The position numbers and the translations under genes were made by a program. Positions 32,401 to 42,609 of a stretch of DNA of 64,000 bases are shown in pieces. Under the pieces are notes generated by a model. The model was not told where the DNA came from and did no database searches. It saw only the letters and a program-made list of their open reading frames with translations. The stretch covers positions 310,001 to 374,000 of the forward strand of contig BROI01000014.1 in assembly GCA_027923505.1 (NCBI GenBank), written 5' to 3'. The DNA is from Mayamaea pseudoterrestris. Its lineage: Eukaryota. Each line of letters begins with the position of its first letter. The first letter of the stretch is position 1.

Positions 32401-32769
32401 GTGCCAGATTTAGTTGCTCATTTACCGAAAAATGCAAATGCAGCACCCAAGCAACGCATCCAAGAAAACGGTGCACATGCCCCTATCCCGAAAAGTCGAG
32501 TTGTAGCTCCCACGCATCGTCATCATGAAAATGTGCTCGACAAGGGCGCAAAATTGACACATAGCCGCCAAGCAAGCAAGAAGACGGCAAGAGCGTTGTC
32601 GTCCACAATGTTCTATCCCATAGGATCGCAAGTCGTCCACCAATTACTGGGCAAGGGCACCGTTTTGCCGCCGCCACCCTCAGCTGACCCCATGCTGGTG
32701 GTTGTCGATTTTGGTAACGGACGCAAACAAGAGTTTGATGCTGCCGGCGAAGATTTACTGCCCGGATGA
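29467..32769 (+). CDS. UvrD/PcrA/Rep-family SF1A DNA helicase, probably organellar, with C-terminal PcrA-type Tudor-like domain
   Basis: AGPGSGKT, VTFTRKAA, VDEFQD, VGDADQSIY, NYRS, YRTNAQSR, TIHASKGMEF and EEKRLCYVAMTRA. C-terminal IGSQVVHQLLGKGTV. Start is 29467 or the MMLAWR ATG about 48 nt downstream. Confidence 0.93.
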   Translation: MKILGLIGLELLLVLVMMLAWRLHGFSSLKSKVSLQLARPFLAQSSHHVQDKFVVNTLGATFWKRASIRCFSTATDSHLQQNDSPMPSLDDTFSSSAIITKDLNPSQVQAVTQASPSITRVIAGPGSGKTRVLTCRMAHLLQTASSRDRILGVTFTRKAAGEMQERLIKLVEHVVNDDEQSKKNGVLSQLLRDDKDTLLADEQPQDPAAAKVQAMLSRVTLGTFHSVCAKILRWNGQLLATLPSVRRELPRGVNIDGSFAVIDEAGQLRILKDALNVTGIDLEAHKLKPKPLLTAIADCRAKLSEGQNPFVTEERKPLPKVLQIAQQVLPVYREKLIGHNCLDFDDLIYFTKELLEEHRDVRERLHRFWPHILVDEFQDTSRSQMDIVKLLSTDSLFIVGDADQSIYSWRGAHVGSLYDFEDEYRHLHGGVQTIYLMENYRSTANIVQAAQKVISHAPGKDSSRSDKLRKNMKPKREAGALPRIVAMADDVSEAAFVTQTIKDGVTAGKYEPSHTAAVLYRTNAQSRALEEACVKANLPYVIVGSSTSFYKRHEIRDCLCFLRWLYNGRDRVAMLRALETPKRGIGDRAVQEFDSYCQEVEAFYEESRPGCAIPTPLDVLLSLTEIPENSLDANVPLPLSTISKRPYNLLKDFAIKLYKIHIMARTETLEKVLAAIIDDLALLPHLDKISNSFAEFEERKANVRELQQATSRYQGACLVKDVAEDGGFADSPLGTFLDDVALVTEVSDEEATEDRFVVKLMTIHASKGMEFDIVFVVGNEDGTFPTSQAIQEGDGSIVLEEEKRLCYVAMTRAKTELFLSWRKSVSTFTPAGIRTVSRDMSRFLNILVGNKKVGKNKDEPATREFTRTNNSRHQGAAYQPTRQFYSAADFKKKGAASFYAQNRKPVKPIPISQTRELSGTTSIYGSRRKASILPTSPPLSHSSPINDRPQIPNIVAKLPTSNQVFNPKSVEKTSRDLYVPDLVAHLPKNANAAPKQRIQENGAHAPIPKSRVVAPTHRHHENVLDKGAKLTHSRQASKKTARALSSTMFYPIGSQVVHQLLGKGTVLPPPPSADPMLVVVDFGNGRKQEFDAAGEDLLPG

Positions 32770-33320
32770 AATTCCTTTGTCGTAATGCAAGTCCTGATGC
32801 AATGACACAGAGCGCATACAAGAGCGCATAATGTTTCAACAGCTTACTGCTGCTTTTACTCAAGAGCTCCCGCAAGACCAGGCTGTGCGCAACAAAACGC
32901 TGAGCCAGCACTCATTCCTATTAGCACGTTGCTAACTTAAAGCAAGTTTATTGTCTTGCTAGCATTTATATCTTATAAAAGTGTACAATTTTGCAAAAAT
33001 TTTATTCATCGTGTACAGTACACGACTGCTTGATTCTTAGCCGCAATCGGTCAGTGTAGCAGCTGGACCAGCCAGGCGGCAACAGAAATCACCGGTTGTC
33101 ACAGAGGGTGGCCATACGCGATATAATGTTCCGGCCGGGCAAATTGTCGAAGGCTCCTTGACTGCTCAACAAGTCGTGTTCAACCACTGGAGCGAAAATT
33201 CATTTGCATGAACACTCGCGCAGACTCAAAATTCTCGATCCAAGTGCACGTCATTTCAACGTCAACGGCCTTTCAACGTCAACGGCAGGTGGGAGGAAGA
33301 CATATACTTCAATTACTCGC

Positions 33321-34595
33321 CTATTCATTTGGAATCGGTCCTTTAAATGCCAAGACAACAATGCCCGAGACTGCCAGCAACGCCCCCGCCACGGCTCGCA
33401 CGCTCGGAGTTTCCTGTTGCATGCAGTACTCGAGCGGTAACGAATAGAGCGGTCCCACTGACGTCAATGTGAGCGTCAATGCCAAGGCAATTTGAAAGAG
33501 CGCATAGTTGAACAGCGATGGCGCCACAAAGGTCACTAGCAAGACTCCAATTGTTACGCGAATCCAGTTTGATCGCTGCATGCAGTCAATAGGGAGGGCA
33601 TACCATGGCGTAGCAGCTTTAACTGCTTCATTGATGGAATCCCTGGGGCATGATTCGCTTGTGGAAAGGTCCTGTGGATGCAGCAGCCTCGCTCGCAACC
33701 AAAAGATTGTGGAAAGACCTAGCATGACCAATCCTGCAAAGCCAAATCGTATCAAACTAATCTCCCAAACCGTCATGCCAATTCCATACTGCTTGGTGAG
33801 CACGGCGCCGTAGGTATCCAATCCAGCATTCAGCAATGACAAGACGTACCCGAGTCTCATTTTCTTGGCAGTTCGACGCTTTGGTTTAGTGTTTGAAACT
33901 TTCTGCTCTGCTGAAGCTGCGATTTCGCCTTTCACCGACTCCGCAGATTCGTCCGCTTCGTATAAATCGCTCATCGGCAGCACTGTACAATCCAAAGATT
34001 GCTGACTGCACAAATCTTCTATTTCATCCTTGCCGCTATCAATCGGAGGTTCATTGTCTGAAACAGTTTCGCTCGACGCTTCATTCCCGATGATCGGACT
34101 CACTGCTGCCATTTCAATAGTAAAAGGTTTGTCTACATCATGAATTTCTTCCGCCTCATCCTTTGTCGTTTCCATAGCAACCAAGAGTACACCAAGAACA
34201 GTCAAAACAATGCCTCCAAGAGCCGCCGGCCGCAGTCTTTCATTCAATACAAGGTAACCCAGCAGCGACGCCAAAAACGGCTTGATGCTATCCATGAGAA
34301 TCGTCCTTCTCGCTCCCAGCAGCTGCAGCCCACGCAGCCAGGCCCAGTCGCCAATGACAATGCCAATGAGACTCGAAAGTATCAAGTAACCGACGGCCTG
34401 CGTCGTGAAAATGCTCGACGGAAACAAGTTGGAGCGCGTCGTGCAACTCAGAACCAAAAAGCCAAGCGACGCCACGTTGCACTTGTATAGATTCAAACTA
34501 AAGGCACTCCCCTTCCAATGGTCCTGCCAAATGATGAATCCAATGTTCAATACGAGCGGACTTGTGAGTGCTGCCAAAATGCCAGGACCAAACAT
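33321..34595 (-). CDS. EamA/DMT-family transporter
   Basis: Two 5-TM halves separated by an acidic loop. GIVIGD...LGARR...PFLASLLGYLVLNERL and PLYSLPL...ETPSVRAVAG. Confidence 0.85.
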   Translation of the reverse strand: MFGPGILAALTSPLVLNIGFIIWQDHWKGSAFSLNLYKCNVASLGFLVLSCTTRSNLFPSSIFTTQAVGYLILSSLIGIVIGDWAWLRGLQLLGARRTILMDSIKPFLASLLGYLVLNERLRPAALGGIVLTVLGVLLVAMETTKDEAEEIHDVDKPFTIEMAAVSPIIGNEASSETVSDNEPPIDSGKDEIEDLCSQQSLDCTVLPMSDLYEADESAESVKGEIAASAEQKVSNTKPKRRTAKKMRLGYVLSLLNAGLDTYGAVLTKQYGIGMTVWEISLIRFGFAGLVMLGLSTIFWLRARLLHPQDLSTSESCPRDSINEAVKAATPWYALPIDCMQRSNWIRVTIGVLLVTFVAPSLFNYALFQIALALTLTLTSVGPLYSLPLEYCMQQETPSVRAVAGALLAVSGIVVLAFKGPIPNE

Positions 34596-35112
34596 GATCG
34601 TATTAATAATGATGATAACGGTGTGATGCAGCTTGACTCTACTCGGCGATTCTAGTGCAGCAGCCTGTCTGACTGTACTGCAAAAGGTCTAAGTGAGACA
34701 CAAGTGCAGTATGTCCACATTTTGTGCATGTAGAGAGCAAAATTCTAGGAAGAAAGGCAATCTGCCAACAGCTCATTCATCATGGTCACATTTTGCGTTT
34801 CGTCTGCGTTGCGTCGTAGAACCTGTGCGACTCGAGCTACCCGTTGCATCATTTCCCGTTGAAAGGGGAAGAGATGTCGACCTATGAAATGGTTACTTGT
34901 ATGTACTAGGAACTCCTGTTAGTCATTGTTTCCATGCTGGCGTATCCTTTCTTTGTTCGCCCACTGGTATTTATAGTTGGTAGCGCTGCGTTTGTTTAAA
35001 TTAACAATAACAAACCCAAGGTGATGAGGGAAATAAAAATGTCAGCTTACGTGCTAGAGTGAGCGCATTATCTGGTATAAGTTTGATTGAATGCATTATA
35101 AAAATTAAAAGT

Positions 35113-38065
35113 CTAGAGGAAGGAGCTGCTGAAAAGCGAGAATATGCTAGTCGCCAAGACGACACCGCTTAGCCTGCTAAACGTGGCCAACGCGGAGCTG
35201 TTTGAAATACCCGCAGCATGGTCTTCAGTACTCGCCAAGCTTGCTGACGGTGATGCTGTTTCTCCATCATTTGGCGCAGTCGTCGTTTGCGGCATGGTCG
35301 GAGCACTCGTCGCAGCCGCTGCCTTTTGCGCACGAAATTTTGCAAGTTCGACCGAGTGCGTTTGCACGCCTTGGACAAAGCAGTCCATGAGCGACTCGAA
35401 GGCCTTGTCTGGCGCAATGGCAAGATAGTCGTAGAAGTTGACCAAGCATGCCGTCGCATCAAGGGAGGGACCTTCTTCTTCGTCGTCTTGTAGGCTTCGT
35501 ATGCCTCCTTCCTTATTAGTGTGCACGTTGTCTTCAATTTTACGAAAGAAACGCCGACGCAGCATGTCGCCATCAGATTGTCCTTTCATTTCAAGCTTTC
35601 GTTCCTTGGGACACGTGAATGTGCAGTCGTCCATATCGTGGAGAAAGCCTCGAAGCATTTGGTTCATCATTATATCCGTAATGTTTCGCATTTCGCCTTC
35701 GCAAGCGGAGCAACATCCACTGATGGAACAGACCGGGTCCCTGGATATAAATAATGTGACAGCATGTTATTAGCGTCGGATTCATCAAAAGACGGCGGTC
35801 TGTCCTAGGGCTGAAACAAAATACTCACCGGAATTGATTTTGCAAGTCGCTGCACATGTCACCGCCCGTGTCTACTGTCTCATTCTTTGCAACTGCAAAG
35901 CTGGCACTATTAGACGATATGTTCATTAAAGCGTCCGCGCAAGACACATCGCACTCATGCTTGTCAAAGCAAGACGAAAAGTCATCCACAGACTCCTCAA
36001 TAGTATCCGGGAGGCAATTAGAAACGCAATTGGCCGCTTGAAATATGCTTTCGACGCAGGGGGAACAACAGGAGAAAACATCAGACCCCTCGCTACACGT
36101 TTCGCCTGTGCAGCCATTAGCGTCCATGCAGGTCTTTACAGCAACGGTGACATCCTGGCAACGATTGTAGCACTGCCAGAGATATATAAATGTGAGTAAA
36201 AGCCAACATGATTCATCATTCACATACGTGGCCGCATCACATGCACGTACCGCAACAGTCTTATTCAGCGAGTCGATTGATATTCCGCTATCGCTGCTTG
36301 ATGATTGATCATCCTCGTCCCATTCGTCGCGACCGCTGTGACCATGGCAATCTGTGTTGTTGGTAGAATTAGAATCCATTGAGTCCTCAGAACACCCATT
36401 TGCGTCGGAACTCGTACTGTTGCCGCCATGATCATCGTCCCATTCCTCGTCGTTCCAGCCATCGTAACTGTCACTGCAACCCGTCGCATTTGTGCCTGTC
36501 ACATTATCATCGCATTCAGTATTATTGCTACCCCAACTGTGTTTTTCGGTCTTGTTTTTGCTGCCGTCATAGTGCCAACCACTCCAGCTGCGATAGAACT
36601 CGTCGTTGCAACTTGTACCGTTAGAGTTGGTTGCATTTCCATCACACCCACTGTGCTCTTTGCCCCAGCCATGTTGGCCATTCTCAGCGCCCCAGCCATG
36701 ATGACCACTCCATCTGCCGGTGCAGTTGGTGCCATTAGCGTCGGTGGAGTTTTCATCGCACCCTTCGTCATTCCAATCATCTTCACCCTTTTCAGCGTCC
36801 CACCCAGAGTGACCGTCCCATTTGTCACTGCATTTAGTGCTATTCGAGTCTGTCGAGTTCTCGTCGCATCCCTCATCCCAGTCATCTTCACCCCTTTCAG
36901 CGCCCCAACCAGGATGACCGTCCCATTTGTCACTGCATTTGGTGCCATTCAAGTCCGTCGAGTTCTCGTCGCAACCCTCGCCCCATCCATCTTCACCCTT
37001 TTGAGAACCCCAGCCAGGATGACCGTCCCATTTGTCACTGCATTTGGTGCCATTCAAGTCCGTCGAGTTCTCATCGCAACCCTCGTCCCATTCATCTTCA
37101 CCTTTGTGAGAACCCCACCCAGGGTGGCCATCCCATTTGTCGCTGCATTTGGTGCCATTCGAGTCAGTTGAGTTCTCGTCGCAACCCTCGCCCCAATCAT
37201 CTTCACCTTTATGAGAGTCACCTTTGTGAGAGCCCCAGCCTGGGTGTCCGTCCCATTTGTCGCTGCATTTTGTGCCATTCGAGTCCGTCGAGTTCTCGTC
37301 GCATCCGTCGTCCCAGCTACCCCATCCATCTTTACTCTTCTCCGAGTCATAATCAGCATGGTCGTCCCATTCGTCGTTACAGCCGGTCGCATTGCCATTG
37401 GTTGCGTTTTCGTCGCAGCCCTTGCGCCATCCCCAAGGCATGCTTTCGGTATCATTCATCGACTTCCAATCGGATGGGCCACCCCAGCCACCATGACGCT
37501 CTTTGCTGATGCAGTCTGAAGAGTTGGTTGAATTGTCGTTCGAGCATCCGTCAGTTTCCTCCTCATACTCCTTCAACTCGTCGTCGTTACCCTTGTTCAT
37601 GTATTCGTTCATGTACTCGGGGCGTTGGTCGTTCCACTCTTGGAGGTAGATGGTCGTGTCGCTGCATGAAATGGTGTCATTGTCGGCGCTGTGGGAGCAT
37701 CGGAACACCTTGTTTTTCCAGTCGGCGCCGTTTGGCAATGCCGTGCCTTTTGCCATGATTGTCGTTGGAAATGGTTTTGGAATGCTGGGGTCGTTCTGTG
37801 GCTCGTCAGTAGACACCACGGCAATTCCGTTATTGACCTCTGTGTCTGTGTTGTCATTGTTTGTGACTAATGATGCATCAATGGAGGATGGTGGCGACGT
37901 TATGGTGACTGCAGAAACTGGAGTAGTAGTGCTTGGCAAACCTCCATTGTCGACCATTTCGTCGCCTTGATTCTGCAACTGACGAAAGGCTCTCTTTCTG
38001 GATGTACATGGTTGCAATTGAAGCGAGAGAAGTAATAGTAACAGTGGCGTTTTGAGGGACTTCAT
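35113..38065 (-). CDS. Secreted, probably GPI-anchored, repeat-rich cell-surface/cell-wall protein (RXL propeptide, W/G/D/C repeats, Cys-rich domain)
   Basis: Start 38065 MKSLKTPLLLLLLSLQLQPCTS-RKRAFRQLQ. Intron 35828-35741 (GTGAGT...ATCCAG, 88 nt) fuses the two ORFs in frame (QFR-DPVCSISGCCSACEGEMRN). C-terminus has small residues then a hydrophobic tail with no cytosolic part. Confidence 0.85.
36700..37320 (-). repeat. Coding minisatellite, 105-bp (35-aa) unit, about 6 well-conserved copies plus degenerate flanking copies
   Basis: TCCCATTTGTC(A/G)CTGCATTT recurs at 36816, 36921, 37026, 37131 and 37251 (the last spacing includes a 15-bp insert). Unit WDEGCDENSTDSNGTKCSDKWDGHPGWGSHKGEDD. Confidence 0.95.
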
Positions 38066-38552
38066 TCTTTCGTCGAATGACTGTCGATTGTCACTCTCTT
38101 CCAAATCACGACGGCTGCCAAGTCTTTATGCAACGCTCTCCGACCGATTTCTACTCTTGTTTAAGAATTACTCTGTCTTGTCGCTCGTTGGAGTTGCCTC
38201 TCGTCGTTACGATTTTGTAATGAGAGCACGATCAGAAACCAACATCCATGGTCACTCGATCATCAACGTTTCACTGGTCCCTTTCGCGAACGCGGCGAGC
38301 TACTTTTGTGTGACCCGATTGAGGGGCTCATATGATTTGGTCATTAGTCACAATTGACATTGTATGTGATGGGACTTTGGGCCTGATAATCGGAGTATGA
38401 ATCGTACCGGTACTTAATCTTCCGCCTCTCCTTTTCGACAAATCAAAGAATAAATGACGAGCTCAGCTCAACAAAAGAGCTCTTTTCTGTAGCCATTAGC
38501 ATGCAGGAAATAACTTGCCCGATGCTGCAATCGAAATGGAGAGAATAGCAGT

Positions 38553-39698
38553 ATGACGTCGCTTCTTGGCTCATGGTCTCGTATGAAACGAGTCGTTGTC
38601 GTACTCGTGACGGCCGCCATTGTATTCATCGATATTGCCAACAAACACAGAGACAATAATCTACAGTCAGTCGTTGGTACAATCCAAGCTGTAAACAAAG
38701 AATTTATTGATGACTCGCTTGAAATTCAGATTGGACCCTTTCCAATTTGGAATCCCTCGCAACCAGTACCTTGCTTTTTCGAGCCGGATTGGAACCTGGC
38801 ATCGACGCAAGTCTCAAAGGCAAGCGCTGGCATTTTCTTTGTCAAATGCCCAAAGTCTGGATCGACGTCTGGTGCTTCCGTCACACTCCGCATCGCTTCC
38901 AAAATGGCACAGCGGCAAGACCTCAACAATGCGACCATGTGTCGCAATCGCGTCCAGCATGTTCCAGCCTCTCGCATGAGCTACGACCAGCGCGACAAGA
39001 CCAGGAGCATACTATGGAGCGTCGTTCGCGAGCCAACGGCCCGGACCCTTTCGCACTACTTTCATTTTCACGTGTCGCGGCTCCATTTGCAGGCTACCGA
39101 CGAGGAGTTTGTAAGGTTTATGCGACAACACGCAGAAATGCTCACATCATTCCAACTAAAGTATCTTTCGCTGCAAAATAACATTACCAATCCAGCACTA
39201 GCAATGCAGGACATCTTTCAGCAGTACAATCTGGTCGGTGTCACGGAGCGGTTCGACGAATCCGTCGTGGTGTTGCAAATGCTGCTCAATCTGACTGCCA
39301 TGGACGTAATGTACATGAGCGCCAAGACGAGCGGGTCATACGACGGTGGACGACTCATCAAAAAGTGCATGCGGATCCAAATAACTATCGTCACGCCGGC
39401 AATGGCCACGTTCATGCAGAGTGACGAGTACACATCGATGGTGCATTGGGACAAAGTGTTGCACCAGCTCGCCAATATTGCCTTGGATTTGCGCATCGAG
39501 CAGCTTGGCAAATTAGAGTTTGCCGAAAACTTGGAAACCTTTCGAGCTCTGCGCAAGCGAGTCGATGAAACTTGTGGCGCTTTTGTCAGGTTGCCCTGCA
39601 CCAAGGATGGTGTCTTGCGTGCAGCGAACGAAACAGACTGCCTGTTGCATGACATGGGATGTGGGTTCGACTGCATAGACTCTTTGTTATACTCGTAA
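38553..39698 (+). CDS. Golgi-type sulfotransferase-like protein (galactose-3-O-sulfotransferase-like)
   Basis: N-terminal TM anchor, 5'-PSB-like FFVKCPKSGSTS, 3'-PB-like VVREPTARTLSHYFH and VGVTERFDESVVVL. Confidence 0.8.
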   Translation: MTSLLGSWSRMKRVVVVLVTAAIVFIDIANKHRDNNLQSVVGTIQAVNKEFIDDSLEIQIGPFPIWNPSQPVPCFFEPDWNLASTQVSKASAGIFFVKCPKSGSTSGASVTLRIASKMAQRQDLNNATMCRNRVQHVPASRMSYDQRDKTRSILWSVVREPTARTLSHYFHFHVSRLHLQATDEEFVRFMRQHAEMLTSFQLKYLSLQNNITNPALAMQDIFQQYNLVGVTERFDESVVVLQMLLNLTAMDVMYMSAKTSGSYDGGRLIKKCMRIQITIVTPAMATFMQSDEYTSMVHWDKVLHQLANIALDLRIEQLGKLEFAENLETFRALRKRVDETCGAFVRLPCTKDGVLRAANETDCLLHDMGCGFDCIDSLLYS

Positions 39699-39851
39699 GC
39701 ATGATAGCTTTCTTTTGTTTATTGCTATAGACATAAATTCCCTTGTACTAAGCCGTCGCCGATGTAAGTTTGTAATCGAGGAGTGAGTTTTAGCTTGGTG
39801 TTTACATTACTCAAAAGAACAATAAATATCGCACAATGTATTGAGTATTGA

Positions 39852-42326
39852 CTACTGAGTCTGTGTAAGTGGTATGCGGATGCAAAGCCACTCATCTTCA
39901 GTCTCTGAAATAGGCATATGCCAAACTGTTGCACCGGCCGCGGCATTCGCCTGGATTTCGCGACTGTAAAAATCCGCTGGCGTGAAGTCGATTTCCTCAC
40001 TCGTACACGCGTCGTTGACAAATCCAGCGAAGTTGTAGTTGACGATAAAGTTGCTGTACCATCGGCGAAAAAGCCTTGGCTCCAGCATGCCAATTTTGTG
40101 GTCGCGCATCTGATCGTTGGATATCAAGACTGGACGACCTCCAGGCCATCGTCCGTCGGCGTTGTCCGGCTGTACAAACAAATCGCTGCCGTTTCGCGCC
40201 TTTGATTGCTTGGACAATGAAGCAAGAATCCAATAAAAGTCGTCCAGAAAACCTCGGGGCACCACAAACACTTTCCTAGCACGCACAAGTTCATCCCGGA
40301 TCGCCTTTTCGTCCTTCGTTAGAATCTGCTTTCTCGATCCTAGTGAGCCACCGGCCCCAATCGTCACATAAAAGTAAGACTGAGTGTACTTGAAAGGAAT
40401 GATGACAAGAGGATTCTCTCCGAGGCTTTCCAAGTGATCCACCACAAACTTAATTTGGTAATAGCTAAATCGTCCGTCATCAAAGTTTTGAAGGTAGTAT
40501 CCTACGTTGGCTCCATCAACAATGCAGGTAAACGGGTCGCCCTCGCGCTTATCGAGCAATTGAAAAAAGTTTTCCAAATCCTCGTCAGCGCGAGCTTTCA
40601 TTTGTGTCTTGCCCTCCTTCCAGTTTTCCTGAAACTTGACTTGTGTTGTCCGGGCAAGGCGCATAATGCCTTCCTTAAGCCTGCTTGATTCATCTTCCTC
40701 CAGGCGAATGAGTCGAAGCTTGACTCCAGTTCGCAAACACTGGCCACTCGACGGATCAATGCGCACGCGGTTCACTACCAATTCCTCCGCAATTGCGGGT
40801 TCAGAAACAATCGGGAGAGGGGCAAAGGAAGTTATAGGTTGGAGGTGGTATTGCGGCATGCCAGTTGCCAACGCATTGTAAAGACGCTTGGCCGAACCCG
40901 CCGGGATTTCCGTCACGTCCATTGCCATTTGAGCTGCCAGTTCGTCAAACAGTTGCGGTCCACGAGCCACCGAAAACCCCAAGGTTTTGGTCGACTCAAT
41001 CGCTAAAGCTCCTGGCGCGAAACAACCATGTTCCGCCATACCAACGAGCAGCGAAACATACGTGTCGCAATCGAAATGAACTGTAGATAGAGATTGCATG
41101 AAGTGATACAGTCGCAACACTGAATCCATGTCTTTTTGCTGCAAATAGGATTGAAAAATTGGCAAAAAGGATCGTAGCCGCAGCTCCATCTTGTCGGCAT
41201 GTGTTGCGAGCAACTGCTCCGCTTCGTGGAATCTTTCTTGCGCGACAAGGAGACGCACTTGCACGTTGACTGTCTGCTCCGTCGGCTTGAAGAGCAAGTC
41301 ATGATAGGCGGCAATCTCATCCACCAAGTCGACTTTCGTCGCCTCAGCGTTTGACGTCAAATCTTGTTTGCGAGGAGAAGCATCCAATACATCCAGAATC
41401 GACGACATGCCATTATGATAAGGCTGATAGCGTTGACTTAGTGACGTCAAATGCAGCAGCGCATGCAGCATCCCCTGGTGCGCCACGCCGGCTTGCTTTA
41501 GCTTGCGCCAAACGACGGCCACGGGCTCTACATTGGCCTGCTTGGTACATTGACTGGCAATGGTGACAAGAATTGCTTCCGTCAGTTCAAACTGTTTTTG
41601 GTTCAAGTGATGAGTGTCTCGAAAGCGCTGTCGCTGGTCCAGCAACTCTTGGCGAAAGGCCTTTTTGACGAGTTGTTGCTGTGGCGGCGGCTGCTGCTGC
41701 TGCTGCGAGCCAGCATTCATAGTTGACGACGACGAAATGTGAAGGCCACGCAACACTGCTTTCAGCGACGGCAGATGGTAGTCCAACTCCAAATCGGGCG
41801 ACTTGAGCCACGCGAAGATGGGCTTGAGAAACTCGAGTCCCTTTGTCGTTTCCTGGAGCGACTTGACGCGATTGGACATGGATTCACCATTCAGAATGGG
41901 CTCGAGAATGTCAAGGTAGCTACGAAACGACTGCGACGACTCGTAGGCACTGCAAGAAGTACTTGCTGTTGGAGTCATTGTCGGATCGGGAATGTTGAAC
42001 GTTTCAAACAAGGACTTCGGCGCGACAGAGTCAGTCATTGTTGCTTGGTCGACACGCGGCAAGGATGCGTTTGGTGCAGACGGACGAGAAAAGCTCAACG
42101 ATCGCGGTGATCGCCTTGTACTTGCCCTTTCTTGCTGTTTGCTATTGTAATCAAATATTTCATTTGATCCGGCCGGTGATCGATTGCGTGGTCGTCGAAG
42201 GCGGCGCCCTTTCTCATGTTCATCGTCCACAAGGGCAGACGTCAATCGTTGCTGCTGCGTCACTCTCGCTCGTAATAAACAACAGTATTTGATTCTTCTC
42301 CTGGCTGTGGAATTCAATGTATGCAT
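39852..42326 (-). CDS. PRORP: Protein-only RNase P (PRORP): PPR-like helices + NYN nuclease domain
   Basis: IVDGANVG, LDDFYWILAS, LISNDQMRDH and WHMP...WLC, preceded by RLRSFLP PPR-like helices. Arg-rich N-terminus suggests mitochondrial targeting. Start is 42326 or 42038. Confidence 0.9.
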   Translation of the reverse strand: MHTLNSTARRRIKYCCLLRARVTQQQRLTSALVDDEHEKGRRLRRPRNRSPAGSNEIFDYNSKQQERASTRRSPRSLSFSRPSAPNASLPRVDQATMTDSVAPKSLFETFNIPDPTMTPTASTSCSAYESSQSFRSYLDILEPILNGESMSNRVKSLQETTKGLEFLKPIFAWLKSPDLELDYHLPSLKAVLRGLHISSSSTMNAGSQQQQQPPPQQQLVKKAFRQELLDQRQRFRDTHHLNQKQFELTEAILVTIASQCTKQANVEPVAVVWRKLKQAGVAHQGMLHALLHLTSLSQRYQPYHNGMSSILDVLDASPRKQDLTSNAEATKVDLVDEIAAYHDLLFKPTEQTVNVQVRLLVAQERFHEAEQLLATHADKMELRLRSFLPIFQSYLQQKDMDSVLRLYHFMQSLSTVHFDCDTYVSLLVGMAEHGCFAPGALAIESTKTLGFSVARGPQLFDELAAQMAMDVTEIPAGSAKRLYNALATGMPQYHLQPITSFAPLPIVSEPAIAEELVVNRVRIDPSSGQCLRTGVKLRLIRLEEDESSRLKEGIMRLARTTQVKFQENWKEGKTQMKARADEDLENFFQLLDKREGDPFTCIVDGANVGYYLQNFDDGRFSYYQIKFVVDHLESLGENPLVIIPFKYTQSYFYVTIGAGGSLGSRKQILTKDEKAIRDELVRARKVFVVPRGFLDDFYWILASLSKQSKARNGSDLFVQPDNADGRWPGGRPVLISNDQMRDHKIGMLEPRLFRRWYSNFIVNYNFAGFVNDACTSEEIDFTPADFYSREIQANAAAGATVWHMPISETEDEWLCIRIPLTQTQ

Positions 42327-42609
42327 GACAAGGCAGCTACTAATGCAGGAACGTTACTGGTCGATATTGTGGGTGTTCATCATTGTGAACCACTTGTCGA
42401 TCTCGCAGCGCTACTCGCTGATCATATCGTAGCGCCACTCACTGTGACACTAACTAAAGATACGTACAGCGAAGGTCCAGCTGCTGCCATCAGATCCGAA
42501 TCCTTTTTTAGTTTCGGCACCACCATCTTGCCTCCACTTTCAGTTGCTGCTACTACAGACAACGTCATTTATCACGATAGCATTCATTCTTCTGTTCATC
42601 AAAATCATC

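Noticed and set aside
10101..32769. YqaJ nuclease + UvrD helicase as a prokaryote-style defence or recombination module or viral insertion
   Set aside because: They are about 18 kb apart, separated by housekeeping genes, likely in different compartments, and there are no viral hallmark genes or element boundaries.
35113..35691. Separate 192-aa gene
   Set aside because: It is exon 2 of the 38065-start gene, via intron 35828-35741.
36428..37519. Long + strand and alternative-frame ORFs over the repeat array
   Set aside because: Stop-poor shadows of the minus-strand coding minisatellite.
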